A stretch of DNA of 64,000 nt, taken from a virus. Below the pieces are notes generated by a model that did not search any database, had not been told where the DNA came from, and was given only the letters and a program-made list of their open reading frames with translations. A program made the translations under genes and the position numbers. Below, piece by piece: positions 16,750 to 25,484 of this stretch. The DNA lies in IMG/VR virus record IMGVR_UViG_3300046532_001046, positions 36,419-100,418 of that record; one strand, given 5' to 3'. The first letter of the stretch is position 1. Each line of letters opens with the position of its first letter.

Positions 16750-17051
16750 TAGAGAGGGTTGTCCTGCTTCCACTGCTCATGGCCGGGGAAGTGCTGTTCG
16801 TGATCGGGGTCGGCAGCCTGCTTGGTGTATGTGTTGGAGTGCATGTACCGGTGTACATCGGCCTTTCCCGCTTCCCAATCCTCATGGCCCTTATCACCGG
16901 GCTTGGGGCCTCCGGCTTTGGAGAAGTAGTTGTGCATACGGGCCCAGTTCGGCGTCATTTCTATGGCCTCACCGGAGTGTAAGTCATCCTCCAACTGTTG
17001 ACGGTCGGAGCGGGACACGCCCTGTCGGTCGGTATCAGGTCCTATTGGCAT
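16749..17051 (-). CDS. Shared-leader protein A (MPIGPDTDRQGVSRSDR..., 100 aa)
   Basis: ORF track plus the shared N-terminal motif. Confidence 0.75.
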   Translation of the reverse strand: MPIGPDTDRQGVSRSDRQQLEDDLHSGEAIEMTPNWARMHNYFSKAGGPKPGDKGHEDWEAGKADVHRYMHSNTYTKQAADPDHEQHFPGHEQWKQDNPL

Positions 17052-17079
17052 ATTAGTTACGCTCTCTCATCGCTTGGCA

Positions 17080-17292
17080 TTACGTACCTGCTACTTGGCT
17101 GCCAGTGCCGCCAAAGTCTGGACTCGTCGGAGGACTGCTGACGTGACCAGCAATCGTAATATGGCGTGGGCGACCAGTGCCAGCCTTGATCTTTCCACCC
17201 GGACCAGAGCGCTCGGGCAGTAGTCGGTTAGGCCCACGGTACCCGTGGGGCTTGAGTTCCTCTAGGGCCTGCTTCTGATTCGGTATTATCAT
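17080..17292 (-). CDS. Small Gly/Pro-rich hypothetical protein
   Basis: Fills the gap after spoVS. Confidence 0.5.
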   Translation of the reverse strand: MIIPNQKQALEELKPHGYRGPNRLLPERSGPGGKIKAGTGRPRHITIAGHVSSPPTSPDFGGTGSQVAGT

Positions 17293-17296
17293 ACTA

Positions 17297-17599
17297 CTAT
17301 CTTACCACGGGCTTGAAGAACATGGCTGAGATTTGGTCCCCGTTGTCCCCTATAATGTCATCAAACCCAATAATATAGGAGACATCCAGACCTCTCGGGG
17401 CTACGAATCCTCGGGCGATGGCGCACGCCTTCACCGCCTGATTCACGGCACTTGCCCCGATGGCACGCATCTTGGGGATATGCCCAGCGGTGATCGCTCG
17501 GGCGAGAATGGAACCGACACTCTGTGGGTTGCTGGAACCAGAAACCTTGATTATCGAATCGGTATTGACGCTGCTTGTAGACCTCACTTCATCAGCCAT
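17297..17599 (-). CDS. spoVS: SpoVS-family (Alba-like) nucleic-acid-binding protein
   Basis: KVS..SNPQSV...A......RAIGASAVNQAVKA.AIARGFVAP.G.D is the SpoVS signature. GGAG RBS before ATG 17599. Confidence 0.9.
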   Translation of the reverse strand: MADEVRSTSSVNTDSIIKVSGSSNPQSVGSILARAITAGHIPKMRAIGASAVNQAVKACAIARGFVAPRGLDVSYIIGFDDIIGDNGDQISAMFFKPVVR

Positions 17600-17642
17600 T
17601 TGACTACTCCAATAATGTAGAACGATTGTTACTGTTCTAAGT

Positions 17643-18008
17643 TTAGAGGTAGTCGGCCTCTTGAAGTAGACAGACCAGATCACACAACCGCATCATGGCG
17701 TAGGTGTCATCTAGGGAGTGCGCTCCCTTTCCGGGGCGCTTGACCACGAGTAGTGGTACCGCATTATCCAGCCTCTCAGCCTGCTCCACAGTGGCGTCCA
17801 GCCAGCCACTGAAGTTAAACTTCTTCTGGTTCTTACACTGGACAGCAACTTCCCGACCTGTCTCAGTGTTAGCAATACCGTTGATGTCTCCAGTGTCATA
17901 TGCACCAGACAGGGCGGTACGTTTGGCGGAAGTGAATCCTTTGGAGACCAAGTACTCTCGTATCAGCGTCTCAAAGGCCGTACCCTTCTGCTTAGACGGG
18001 TTGCTCAT
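17643..18008 (-). CDS. Holliday junction resolvase (Hjc-like PD-(D/E)XK)
   Basis: SKQKGTAFE...G..D.GDI...VQCKN...VVKRPG. ATGA overlap. Confidence 0.8.
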   Translation of the reverse strand: MSNPSKQKGTAFETLIREYLVSKGFTSAKRTALSGAYDTGDINGIANTETGREVAVQCKNQKKFNFSGWLDATVEQAERLDNAVPLLVVKRPGKGAHSLDDTYAMMRLCDLVCLLQEADYL

Positions 18009-18286
18009 GCAAGGTAACCATGCGACAAACTGAAGCCCGGACACTTGTTTACGTCACTCGGTTCGACAGTCTCAACCACCTTAAACATATCGGCTCCGAC
18101 GAGGAGGGCTTGGAGGTCCGCTTTGGAGTCAAGCATTCCGGGGGTGATCTTGTTACCATCAGTTGGAAGGGCGTTGGCGATGTTCTCCATCGCTACCTGT
18201 GTTTCCTTTTCTCTGCTTCTGTCGGTAATGCCCTGAGGGGAGTTTCGCAGTATGGCATCACAAATAACTGGTCTGGTGTCCATCAC
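18005..18286 (-). CDS. Hypothetical protein
   Basis: Coupled overlaps on both sides. Confidence 0.6.
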   Translation of the reverse strand: MMDTRPVICDAILRNSPQGITDRSREKETQVAMENIANALPTDGNKITPGMLDSKADLQALLVGADMFKVVETVEPSDVNKCPGFSLSHGYLA

Positions 18287-18429
18287 TTCACCCTATCCTC
18301 GTCAGAACTGATTTCAGAGTCACACTTGTTACAACGGCCATCATAGCGACCCAACGCCAAGCCTCCAATGAAGTGGCGGGGGCAGTATGGGCACTTGTAC
18401 AGGGAGTCCTTGGGGTACTTCAGCATCAT
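18283..18429 (-). CDS. Small zinc-ribbon protein (48 aa, CPYC...CNKC)
   Basis: Translated by hand. ATGA/GTGA overlaps on both sides. Confidence 0.55.
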   Translation of the reverse strand: MMLKYPKDSLYKCPYCPRHFIGGLALGRYDGRCNKCDSEISSDEDRVK

Positions 18430-18647
18430 GCTGGCCTGTCCATGAACAGATCCCGACTGCTTGGATACGTCCCGGTGGGCTTCTGCTTAACCTCGTCCTC
18501 GTACCCACAGTGCGGGCACGACAGCGTGCTTAAAGCGTCGGGCACCTTTAGGGAATACTTCACCTGAGCGTGTGCGTAGGACCACCAGTTTTCGCACTGA
18601 CCACAGGTGAAGTGGTAGATGGTCTCTGCTGTGAAGGCGTGACTCAT
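18426..18647 (-). CDS. Small zinc-ribbon protein
   Basis: YHFTCGQCENWWS...CPHCG. ATGA overlap. Confidence 0.65.
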   Translation of the reverse strand: MSHAFTAETIYHFTCGQCENWWSYAHAQVKYSLKVPDALSTLSCPHCGYEDEVKQKPTGTYPSSRDLFMDRPA

Positions 18648-19117
18648 GCACCTGTCCACTGTAGTTTGCGCTCGTTGGGGGTGAGACTGATACGACGGCT
18701 CAGTTCACGAGACAGCACTGTGGCGTTACGCTCTCCACGGTCAAACACTGTGTCCACCAACTTACGGTAGGCCCGTGACTCGTGGTGACGTTGATGGTAC
18801 TCCCTCACCGTTGGGTCGACATCTCGTCGGGCCTTAGCCATCGTCACGGTGTCCCCCTTGCTATCCGCCTCCCACTGCTCCAGCAGTGCCAGCGCCTCGC
18901 CATGCCTTAAAGCGCTCAAGGCGTTCTCTTCAATGATCTCTGCGTGAACCAACTCGGACTTGGCGTAGTTGACCCACGACACCATCTCGGCGTACTGGCT
19001 CATCAAATCACCGTCGGACAACACGTCCAGTTCCTCCGGCAGGGTCGGCATAGCGTCCCCCGGCTTCCTCGGACTGTCGAACTTCAGATTGAACTTCGCT
19101 TGGGCCTTTGCCATCAT
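18644..19117 (-). CDS. Helical protein, possibly a UvsY-like recombination mediator
   Basis: All-helical, about 157 aa, located in the RecA/nuclease operon. Function inferred from context only. Confidence 0.45.
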   Translation of the reverse strand: MMAKAQAKFNLKFDSPRKPGDAMPTLPEELDVLSDGDLMSQYAEMVSWVNYAKSELVHAEIIEENALSALRHGEALALLEQWEADSKGDTVTMAKARRDVDPTVREYHQRHHESRAYRKLVDTVFDRGERNATVLSRELSRRISLTPNERKLQWTGA

Positions 19118-19988
19118 CGTTACTCCAGCATGTCTTCTTGTACGTGCAGTACTTACACGCTTGGTGGTCCTTAGTGTCTATCCATTCTGGTCGTGGTGCT
19201 ATCCTACCCTCACATATGGAGTGTAGTCCAGCACTACAGTTGACTAGAATATCGCTGATAACCTCAGGCTGGTAGGACACCACGAACTCCTTGATGTCCT
19301 GAGAGGCTTTCCACTCATAAATGAATATCATCTTCTTAATGCCAGTGCAGTGCATGTAGAGGGTGCCCTGCTTCAGATGTGACAGGAACGGGCGGTTCAC
19401 CTCACCCCACATCTGATCAGCCGTGATGTCCCTCTTTGCGTACCTATTGAACAGGGGAAAGTTCTCGTACCGGAAAGTACCAATACCTACACTCTTAATC
19501 TCAATCAGGTAGTCCTCTCCGTGCAGGTTCACATGGCCGTCAGCGTGCCCGATGATGTGGTGGTCTTCATCATAGAGTGGAACCTCTTGGTAGTCCACCT
19601 GTTTGGAGTGGCACTCCTCACACACTGGCTTTCCGTACCAGACGTGGGAGCACTCCCTACAGTACCACTGCCCTTGAAGAAGCCCGATGTCTTGAAGCCA
19701 CCCCTGCCACTTCCGGTGTATTCGGTTGCCCTCTTCAAAGATGTTGAGGGTCTTAAACTGCTTGGGCTTCTCCGGGTTGGACTCCTCATACCCCATCATC
19801 CGGTAAGACGACTGACGTACACACCAGTCACGCTTGCAGACTTCACTGGGATGGAAGTGTTCGGTGTCCCGAAGTAGATTCTTAGCGGTGTAGTCCTCCA
19901 GCAAATGGGGATGTATCAGAGACACCAACTTGGCCTTATTCTTCATTGACGCCTTCATGGCCTCAATCTTCCAAGCATCATCAGTCAT
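19008..19988 (-). CDS. Cas4-like PD-(D/E)XK exonuclease
   Basis: HPSE.C...C.R, GNRIH, GHADG, EIKS, Q..LYM, CKYC.YKKTC. Inserted CRECSH...CEEC ribbon. Confidence 0.85.
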   Translation of the reverse strand: MTDDAWKIEAMKASMKNKAKLVSLIHPHLLEDYTAKNLLRDTEHFHPSEVCKRDWCVRQSSYRMMGYEESNPEKPKQFKTLNIFEEGNRIHRKWQGWLQDIGLLQGQWYCRECSHVWYGKPVCEECHSKQVDYQEVPLYDEDHHIIGHADGHVNLHGEDYLIEIKSVGIGTFRYENFPLFNRYAKRDITADQMWGEVNRPFLSHLKQGTLYMHCTGIKKMIFIYEWKASQDIKEFVVSYQPEVISDILVNCSAGLHSICEGRIAPRPEWIDTKDHQACKYCTYKKTCWSNDDGKGPSEVQSEVRQSEEAGGRYADPAGGTGRVVRR

Positions 19989-20286
19989 CGTGTATCATCT
20001 CCAAGAAGTCGTTTTCCAGTAGTACTACATAGGACCGTCCGCCAAGATCAACCTGTAACACAGGAATACGATCCTCCAAAATGGCTGTCCTTGACAGTTT
20101 AACCATCTCCTGTGACACTATGGAATATGACTTCTTATCCGTAAACTTGTTCTCTACGAGAAGATCAATAGTGCGAACATCATTCTTACGCACCCAACCA
20201 GCGCCAGACATGACGTTTCTACTGCCATTGTACTTCTCCGCAGTACGCTCCTCCTGCTTCTTAGAGCGCCTGTGGATGTCAGTCAC
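19981..20286 (-). CDS. Small PD-(D/E)XK nuclease / resolvase-like protein
   Basis: QE.R.A...SGAGWVRKNDV....LVENKFT. Confidence 0.7.
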   Translation of the reverse strand: MTDIHRRSKKQEERTAEKYNGSRNVMSGAGWVRKNDVRTIDLLVENKFTDKKSYSIVSQEMVKLSRTAILEDRIPVLQVDLGGRSYVVLLENDFLEMIHDD

Positions 20287-21301
20287 TGAGAGTACCCATT
20301 AGTTCTACTCGGAGGGCCTCCTGAGCCCCCAGATCGGCTCTGAGAGCCTCTAGGACTTTCTCCTTGCCCTGCCATTTCTCACCCTTGTAGGAGTAGAACG
20401 CACCGGCTCTGGTAATCACCTCGTAAGCGATGGCAATGTTGACCATGTCCTTAACTGTATCGAAGTCTCCTACGTGGAATCCTCCAGAGTCAGCGAAATA
20501 GAAGTCCACCACGGCTTGCTGCTGAGGTCGGTACGTCTTATTCTTAATAGTACGTCCCTTGATGGTCTGGCCGACGGCGACCTTCCCGTCCTTGAGCCAC
20601 TCATCCTTCTTCACTTCTACACGGGTGAAGTAGGAGAAGTTCTTAGCCAACCCGCCGGGGGTGGTGCGTGGGTCTCCCCACATCACCCCGATCTTCTGTC
20701 GCCACTGGTTGATGATGAGCCCGGTACAGCCTCGGTCCTCAGAAACCAGAGAACGCCTCTGAGCCTTAGCAGACTTCCTAAAGAACTTACCAGTGAGGCG
20801 AGCACCCAGACCAACGGTGAACTCATCCATACTCTTCTCGTACTCGGTCTCCGGCACTAATGCAGGCAGGGAGTCCAGCACAACACAGTCCACGGCTCGG
20901 TTGTCCATAGCCCTGACGATTAGGTCGTATGCCTGTTCCATGAGGTTGGTCTCAACCACCCACAGGCGGTCTAGGTCCACACCAATTGACTCGGCGTACT
21001 CTGGCACGTACTCCTCTGCTGCCACCCACATGGCAGTCCAGTTGGGGTCCAGTGCTTGGTTTGCAGCAATGGTCTTGTAGGCAACAGCGGTCTTGCCGGA
21101 TGACTCATCCCCTACGATCTCTGACCACTGGTTGACAGGCCAGCCGCCACCCAACATCAGATCAAAGGCCAGCATACCAGTCGTGATGCGTGGGAGAGCC
21201 TCCTGTATCCGGCTCCCCTGTACTATTACTTCGCTACCTAACTTCTTGTTAACCTCTCGTGCAATCTCTTCTAACGTCTCGTATCTCGTAGTACCCGTCA
21301 C
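20279..21301 (-). CDS. recA: RecA/UvsX-like recombinase
   Basis: GDESSGKT Walker A, VVLDSL Walker B, INQWRQKIGVMWGDPRTTPGG. Confidence 0.95.
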   Translation of the reverse strand: MTGTTRYETLEEIAREVNKKLGSEVIVQGSRIQEALPRITTGMLAFDLMLGGGWPVNQWSEIVGDESSGKTAVAYKTIAANQALDPNWTAMWVAAEEYVPEYAESIGVDLDRLWVVETNLMEQAYDLIVRAMDNRAVDCVVLDSLPALVPETEYEKSMDEFTVGLGARLTGKFFRKSAKAQRRSLVSEDRGCTGLIINQWRQKIGVMWGDPRTTPGGLAKNFSYFTRVEVKKDEWLKDGKVAVGQTIKGRTIKNKTYRPQQQAVVDFYFADSGGFHVGDFDTVKDMVNIAIAYEVITRAGAFYSYKGEKWQGKEKVLEALRADLGAQEALRVELMGTLSD

Positions 21302-21319
21302 CTAGTACCCTTCTTGTTG

Positions 21320-21742
21320 TTACGCTATCCAGTTTGCTTCCGACCCCTGATTGTATATGCCGTTCCAACCGCACTCATAGCAGCGTGGAGCGGGGGCATT
21401 ACCGTTGATACCAGCACCTGCCCCCTTAGCCATACGAGAGAACACGTTACCACTCCCACACTCCGGGCAGGTGTTATTCCCTTCCTTGCGAGCCGCTTCC
21501 CCACCCTGCCAGTTGCGTATTGCTTCACCAATAGTCGTCTGACCGGTGGGGTCTGACCTCTGTTCAGTATTAACCGCCGCCGCCTGAGCCATGTACTGAG
21601 CCTGCGGCGTGGGCTGGGTCGTCAGAGGGACGCCCAGCACCCCCGGAGGGGTAAAACGCAAAGTAGGGGTGCTGCCCTCACGGGCAGGGGCTTTAGGGGC
21701 TACTGCCTTACCAGCCAGCCGATCTGACCACCAATCGCTCAT
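21320..21742 (-). CDS. Zinc-ribbon hypothetical protein
   Basis: CPECGSGN...RCYECGW. AGGAG RBS. Confidence 0.7.
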   Translation of the reverse strand: MSDWWSDRLAGKAVAPKAPAREGSTPTLRFTPPGVLGVPLTTQPTPQAQYMAQAAAVNTEQRSDPTGQTTIGEAIRNWQGGEAARKEGNNTCPECGSGNVFSRMAKGAGAGINGNAPAPRCYECGWNGIYNQGSEANWIA

Positions 21743-21752
21743 GTACTACTCC

Positions 21753-22229
21753 TCAGTCAACTTGTAGGTTAGACAATGTGATCAAGTCTTCATCCAACAA
21801 CTTAGAAACCGAGGCTACCAGACAACCGAGTACGGTGTTATAGGTTGAATCCTTGATATGGCGGTGCATCTTGCGAAGTTCCCCTAGTGGTACGTAGTTC
21901 AAAGCCATAAAGTCGTCTTCATCCTCGGTGTTACTAGGGTCGAACCCAACACCAACCATCTCGTCATCGTCCAACCCATCAGGCAGCATGTTGTCGTCCA
22001 CCATGATGTCTGACATCCAATCAGCAGTGTCTGACAAAGATTCAACGATTCCCGCCATGGTCAAGTACGACCAACTGCGGAGGATGTCTCTCTCCTCCTC
22101 CTCAAACACGTCATCAGACGAAGGAAGAATACCAGCGTTAGACGCTATGTCCTGCTTGTCAGGGGGCGACAGCATGTTGTAGAAGTTACGCTTCGCTGAG
22201 TCCGTTACTTGGCTGTACACGTCGCTCAT
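21753..22229 (-). CDS. Acidic hypothetical protein
   Basis: TAATG coupling to polA. Confidence 0.7.
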   Translation of the reverse strand: MSDVYSQVTDSAKRNFYNMLSPPDKQDIASNAGILPSSDDVFEEEERDILRSWSYLTMAGIVESLSDTADWMSDIMVDDNMLPDGLDDDEMVGVGFDPSNTEDEDDFMALNYVPLGELRKMHRHIKDSTYNTVLGCLVASVSKLLDEDLITLSNLQVD

Positions 22230-24349
22230 TAGCCCTTAGCCTCATACCAAGTCACACCAGAATGGGAGGAAACTATCAACGGAACGTCCTTTATGGACTT
22301 GCAGTGGCCCATCGCTTCTCTCAGAGCCTCTGCCTTTAAGTCTACATCACCAGTATCGGGTACGTTGACAACTAACTCATCGTGCACCTGAACGAGCAAC
22401 TTACCACCGAAGGCAGTCACCACTGGGAACGCCTTTATCATGGCTTTCTTGCAGATATCGGAGGCACTTCCCTGTACTACAGCGTTGACTGCCTGTCTTT
22501 CCGCCCTAGCACGTAACTCCTCCTTTGAAGAGTTTATGTCGGGCAATCTACGGCGGCGCCCGGAGATCGTAGTCACAAACCCATCTCGCTGGGCTTGGGC
22601 AACAATCTTACGCTTCCACTTGGTCAATCCAGAGAACTGTGCGTAGTACTGGTTGATAACGAACTTAGCCCGTGTCTGGGTAATACCTGCCGTAGCCGCT
22701 AGTTTCGCAGAGCCACCCCCGTAGGCAGTGAGGAAGTTGGCAGCCTTTCCCAGTTGTCTTTCCTCAGGGGTAACGTCCTCTACAGCCTTATCGAAGACCA
22801 ATGCCGCAGCACCTGAGTGGATGTCAATACCTTTGAGGAAAATGTCCATCATGTTGGGGTCCCGGCTGAACATCGCCATGACCCTGAGTTCAATCTGATC
22901 GTAGTCAGCCACGATTAGAGTACAGTCAGGGTCTGCCTTGAACAGCCCACGGATGCTGGAGTCACGGGGAATGTTCTGAAGGTTAGGATTGGAGGAAGAA
23001 AGCCGCCCTGTGGCAGTCCGGTGGAGGTGAAAGTTGGGGTGCAGCCTCTCCTTGTTGATCTTCTCCAAAAGACCATCCACGTAGGTGCTTTTCAGTTTCT
23101 TGTATTCCGACCACGCTAAGAACAACGGTATTACTGGGTGCTTGGATTCTAGGGCCTTCAGGGACTCATGGTCTACTGATGCCTGACCTTTCTCGGTCTC
23201 CTTGTTAGGCTTTAGTCCCAATCCACCGTCGGCCTTCTTATCAAACAGAAACAAGCGCTTGTCTTTAACAGAGTCAGGGTTGAATCCGGGGTAGGTCAGG
23301 GCAGTGATCTCTAAGTGAGTTTCCTGCATCTTCCCATCCAGTTCCTTACCCAGTGCCGCCATACCGGAGCGGTTGACGCACATACCATTGTGCTCCATAG
23401 CCATGAGCACCTCTAATACCTCTGAGTCCTGTGTGAACACATCCATCAGTTTGTCGATGCCCTTTACAGAGCGGACCAGCCGCTGGTACAACAGCCATGT
23501 CCAACGGGCGTCAAGGTGAACGTAATCACAGGCTATTGAGAACGGGGTACGTCCAATAACTGCTCCCACCTTCCCATGTCTTGCATAGGGATCATGTCCG
23601 TGGAAGTTGTTGGATAGCAGAGAGGTCAGCCGGAAGGACGGTAGGTTTTCGTCCAGAGTGTGCTGTAGCAGCATGGTGTCATGGAACGGTCCCACCGGTA
23701 GTTCTCCGTAGTACTTCGCTATGGTGCGAGCATCGAACTTGACGTTGTGTCCCACCTTGATAATGGCCGGATCAAAGAACAAAGGTTTCAATGCTGCAAA
23801 GACCTCTGTACGGGACAACTGCTCCGGGGGGTCGGAGTACACGGCAGGCTTCAGGTACCTAGCCTTAGCCATAGACCCAGTGCCGTCCTTTAGTATCTTT
23901 CGGTAGTTCGCTGGAGGTACCGTCTTACCATCCCCCCGCTCCTCCTCCTCTATGATTTCCCCCTTAGGGTGACCCATAGGTATGGCCCAAGAGTGACCAT
24001 GCGTAGCAATACCCATCCAGATAACCTCATTCCGATGAGGGTCCAGAGCGATGCTCTTGGTGGTGGCATCCACTTTGGTTGTCCTAGTCCGCGCAATGAC
24101 GGACTCAGAGGTGGTCTTAAGCCCCAGTACATGACTACGTACCTGTTGCTCTACGAACTCCCCCAGATCCGGGTGGTGCTCAAGAACCCCTAGAGTCTCC
24201 ACATCGAAAGCAAATGCTCCCGCCTGAGTAACGGTAGCAACTACCTCGTGGATTTCCGAGAGGGTTAGTAAATAGCGGGGGCCGGGCAGCAAGGAAGGGG
24301 AACTACTCCGACCCCCGCTAAACTTGTTAGACGAGTCCAACGTCTTCAT
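22229..24349 (-). CDS. polA: Family A DNA polymerase with 3'-5' exonuclease (start uncertain: ATG 24349 or TTG 24292)
   Basis: FDVET (ExoI), HNVKFD (ExoII), TATGRLSSSNPNLQNIP, DYDQIELR (motif A), R...K..NF...YG (motif B), QVHDE (motif C). Confidence 0.95.
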   Translation of the reverse strand: MKTLDSSNKFSGGRSSSPSLLPGPRYLLTLSEIHEVVATVTQAGAFAFDVETLGVLEHHPDLGEFVEQQVRSHVLGLKTTSESVIARTRTTKVDATTKSIALDPHRNEVIWMGIATHGHSWAIPMGHPKGEIIEEEERGDGKTVPPANYRKILKDGTGSMAKARYLKPAVYSDPPEQLSRTEVFAALKPLFFDPAIIKVGHNVKFDARTIAKYYGELPVGPFHDTMLLQHTLDENLPSFRLTSLLSNNFHGHDPYARHGKVGAVIGRTPFSIACDYVHLDARWTWLLYQRLVRSVKGIDKLMDVFTQDSEVLEVLMAMEHNGMCVNRSGMAALGKELDGKMQETHLEITALTYPGFNPDSVKDKRLFLFDKKADGGLGLKPNKETEKGQASVDHESLKALESKHPVIPLFLAWSEYKKLKSTYVDGLLEKINKERLHPNFHLHRTATGRLSSSNPNLQNIPRDSSIRGLFKADPDCTLIVADYDQIELRVMAMFSRDPNMMDIFLKGIDIHSGAAALVFDKAVEDVTPEERQLGKAANFLTAYGGGSAKLAATAGITQTRAKFVINQYYAQFSGLTKWKRKIVAQAQRDGFVTTISGRRRRLPDINSSKEELRARAERQAVNAVVQGSASDICKKAMIKAFPVVTAFGGKLLVQVHDELVVNVPDTGDVDLKAEALREAMGHCKSIKDVPLIVSSHSGVTWYEAKG
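24273..24320 (-). promoter_or_regulatory. Strong hairpin overlapping the polA 5' end
   Basis: 13-bp plus 5-bp stems with G-U pairs on the minus strand; loop TTCCCCTTCC. Confidence 0.7.
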
Positions 24350-24977
24350 TGACGATGGTGACCATCTCAGCGTGAGTAGAGATACGCATGATGTCAGCGT
24401 CATACGCCTTTTCTGTGGCCTGTGTCAGAGCCTCTGCGGACAAGGGCTCTACGTTCCACTCTTCCTTCAAGTCCCGCTCCTTGATGAGCAGGTGGTTGTA
24501 CTGGGTCTGTGGGCCAGTGCCGTTGCGGCTAACCGCCCAGTAGTGCTTGGACAAGGGTCCCTGACGCTCATCCTCACTGAAGTTGCGAAGGGTGGCAATC
24601 ACACGAGTGCCTGCCTCATAGGAGCGCAATGATGGCTCCTCGCCACGAGCCAACACCAGCACGTTAAAGCCGAACAAGGGGCGGGGGCGGTTTCCGGCGT
24701 CGCACAGGGGACAGCCATTGCTGTCCATGCCGTCCCTACACACAAAGGACTTCTGACCGGTCCTGCTGACCCAGTGCTGCTTCCACGCGGCGTAGGGCTC
24801 GTCCTGTATGAACTTGATCAGCACAGCGTCTGGTCCAGTCTTTAAGCGAACGGCATAGTTGGCGTCGTCCTGCTTCATACTGTCCACGGCAGCCCAGCCC
24901 GAGCGGATCACCTTTCGGACATTCTCAGTTTCAGTTGGTGTGGCAGAATCCTCTGTCACGGCATATTCAATAGGCAT
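24327..24977 (-). CDS. Single-stranded DNA-binding protein (gp32-like, Zn-binding)
   Basis: KF.....A...HW.....SFVC......CPLC...RP..FNVL...SRNGTGPQTQY. Adjacent to polA. Confidence 0.7.
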   Translation of the reverse strand: MPIEYAVTEDSATPTETENVRKVIRSGWAAVDSMKQDDANYAVRLKTGPDAVLIKFIQDEPYAAWKQHWVSRTGQKSFVCRDGMDSNGCPLCDAGNRPRPLFGFNVLVLARGEEPSLRSYEAGTRVIATLRNFSEDERQGPLSKHYWAVSRNGTGPQTQYNHLLIKERDLKEEWNVEPLSAEALTQATEKAYDADIMRISTHAEMVTIVNEDVGLV

Positions 24978-24998
24978 AATCGTCTCTCGTTTCTGTCG

Positions 24999-25484
24999 TT
25001 ACACCGGCCACTGCGTGGAGGTGTGTTTCTTAAAGCCAGTCCAATCGGCTTTCTTGTGTTCGTTAAGGCGATAAGCCTCAACGGCGGTAAGCAGAAAGAC
25101 TACCTGCTCCCGACTGTAGAGACGGCGACCCTTAGGTTCACCGCCCTGAACCCCTACACCCCTCGGGGCTGGGGTGCGATAGTTGGCGTGTGGAATCCAC
25201 CCGCTGCTTTCCCACTTGCGAATAGTCACAGCCTTGCGGTGCAGCAACTTCGCTAACTCACCGATGGAATAGAACTCCCTCAGTTCTCCTCCCACCTTGT
25301 ATCTTGTGAACTTGGCTGCGTCTAACACCTCATCCATAATCGTCTTTGATTTAGGGCTATCTTCTCGATTTCGTGGGGGGGTACTACCCGGATAGTCACT
25401 TTCCTCAGAATCTACATCTTCCATAAGATCAGAATGATCACGCTTCATCAAGTGCTGGAAGTACGTGTTGGACTTGGTGCTCAT
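24999..25484 (-). CDS. MerR-like HTH DNA-binding protein
   Basis: FYSIGELAKLLHRKAVTIRKWE..G.IP...RRLYS. Confidence 0.8.
   Translation of the reverse strand: MSTKSNTYFQHLMKRDHSDLMEDVDSEESDYPGSTPPRNREDSPKSKTIMDEVLDAAKFTRYKVGGELREFYSIGELAKLLHRKAVTIRKWESSGWIPHANYRTPAPRGVGVQGGEPKGRRLYSREQVVFLLTAVEAYRLNEHKKADWTGFKKHTSTQWPV

Noticed and set aside
16352-17051. Three ~33-bp repeats as a CRISPR array
   Set aside because: Spacing is 302 and 365 bp, the repeats are in-frame gene starts with synonymous variation, and there are no cas1/cas2 genes.
17057-17080. Seven-codon micro-ORF MPSDERA coupled upstream of the leader array
   Set aside because: Too short to support. It could be a decayed fourth leader or a coupling device, but chance is equally likely.
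19008-19988. Cas4-like gene as evidence of a CRISPR-Cas system
   Set aside because: Solo Cas4-like nucleases are common in phage recombination operons; this one sits two genes from recA with no array.
22229-24349. Intein or intron in polA (also checked terL, dnaB, recA)
   Set aside because: The insertions in the exonuclease domain are short and lack intein C/S...HN motifs; all four ORFs are of normal length and uninterrupted.
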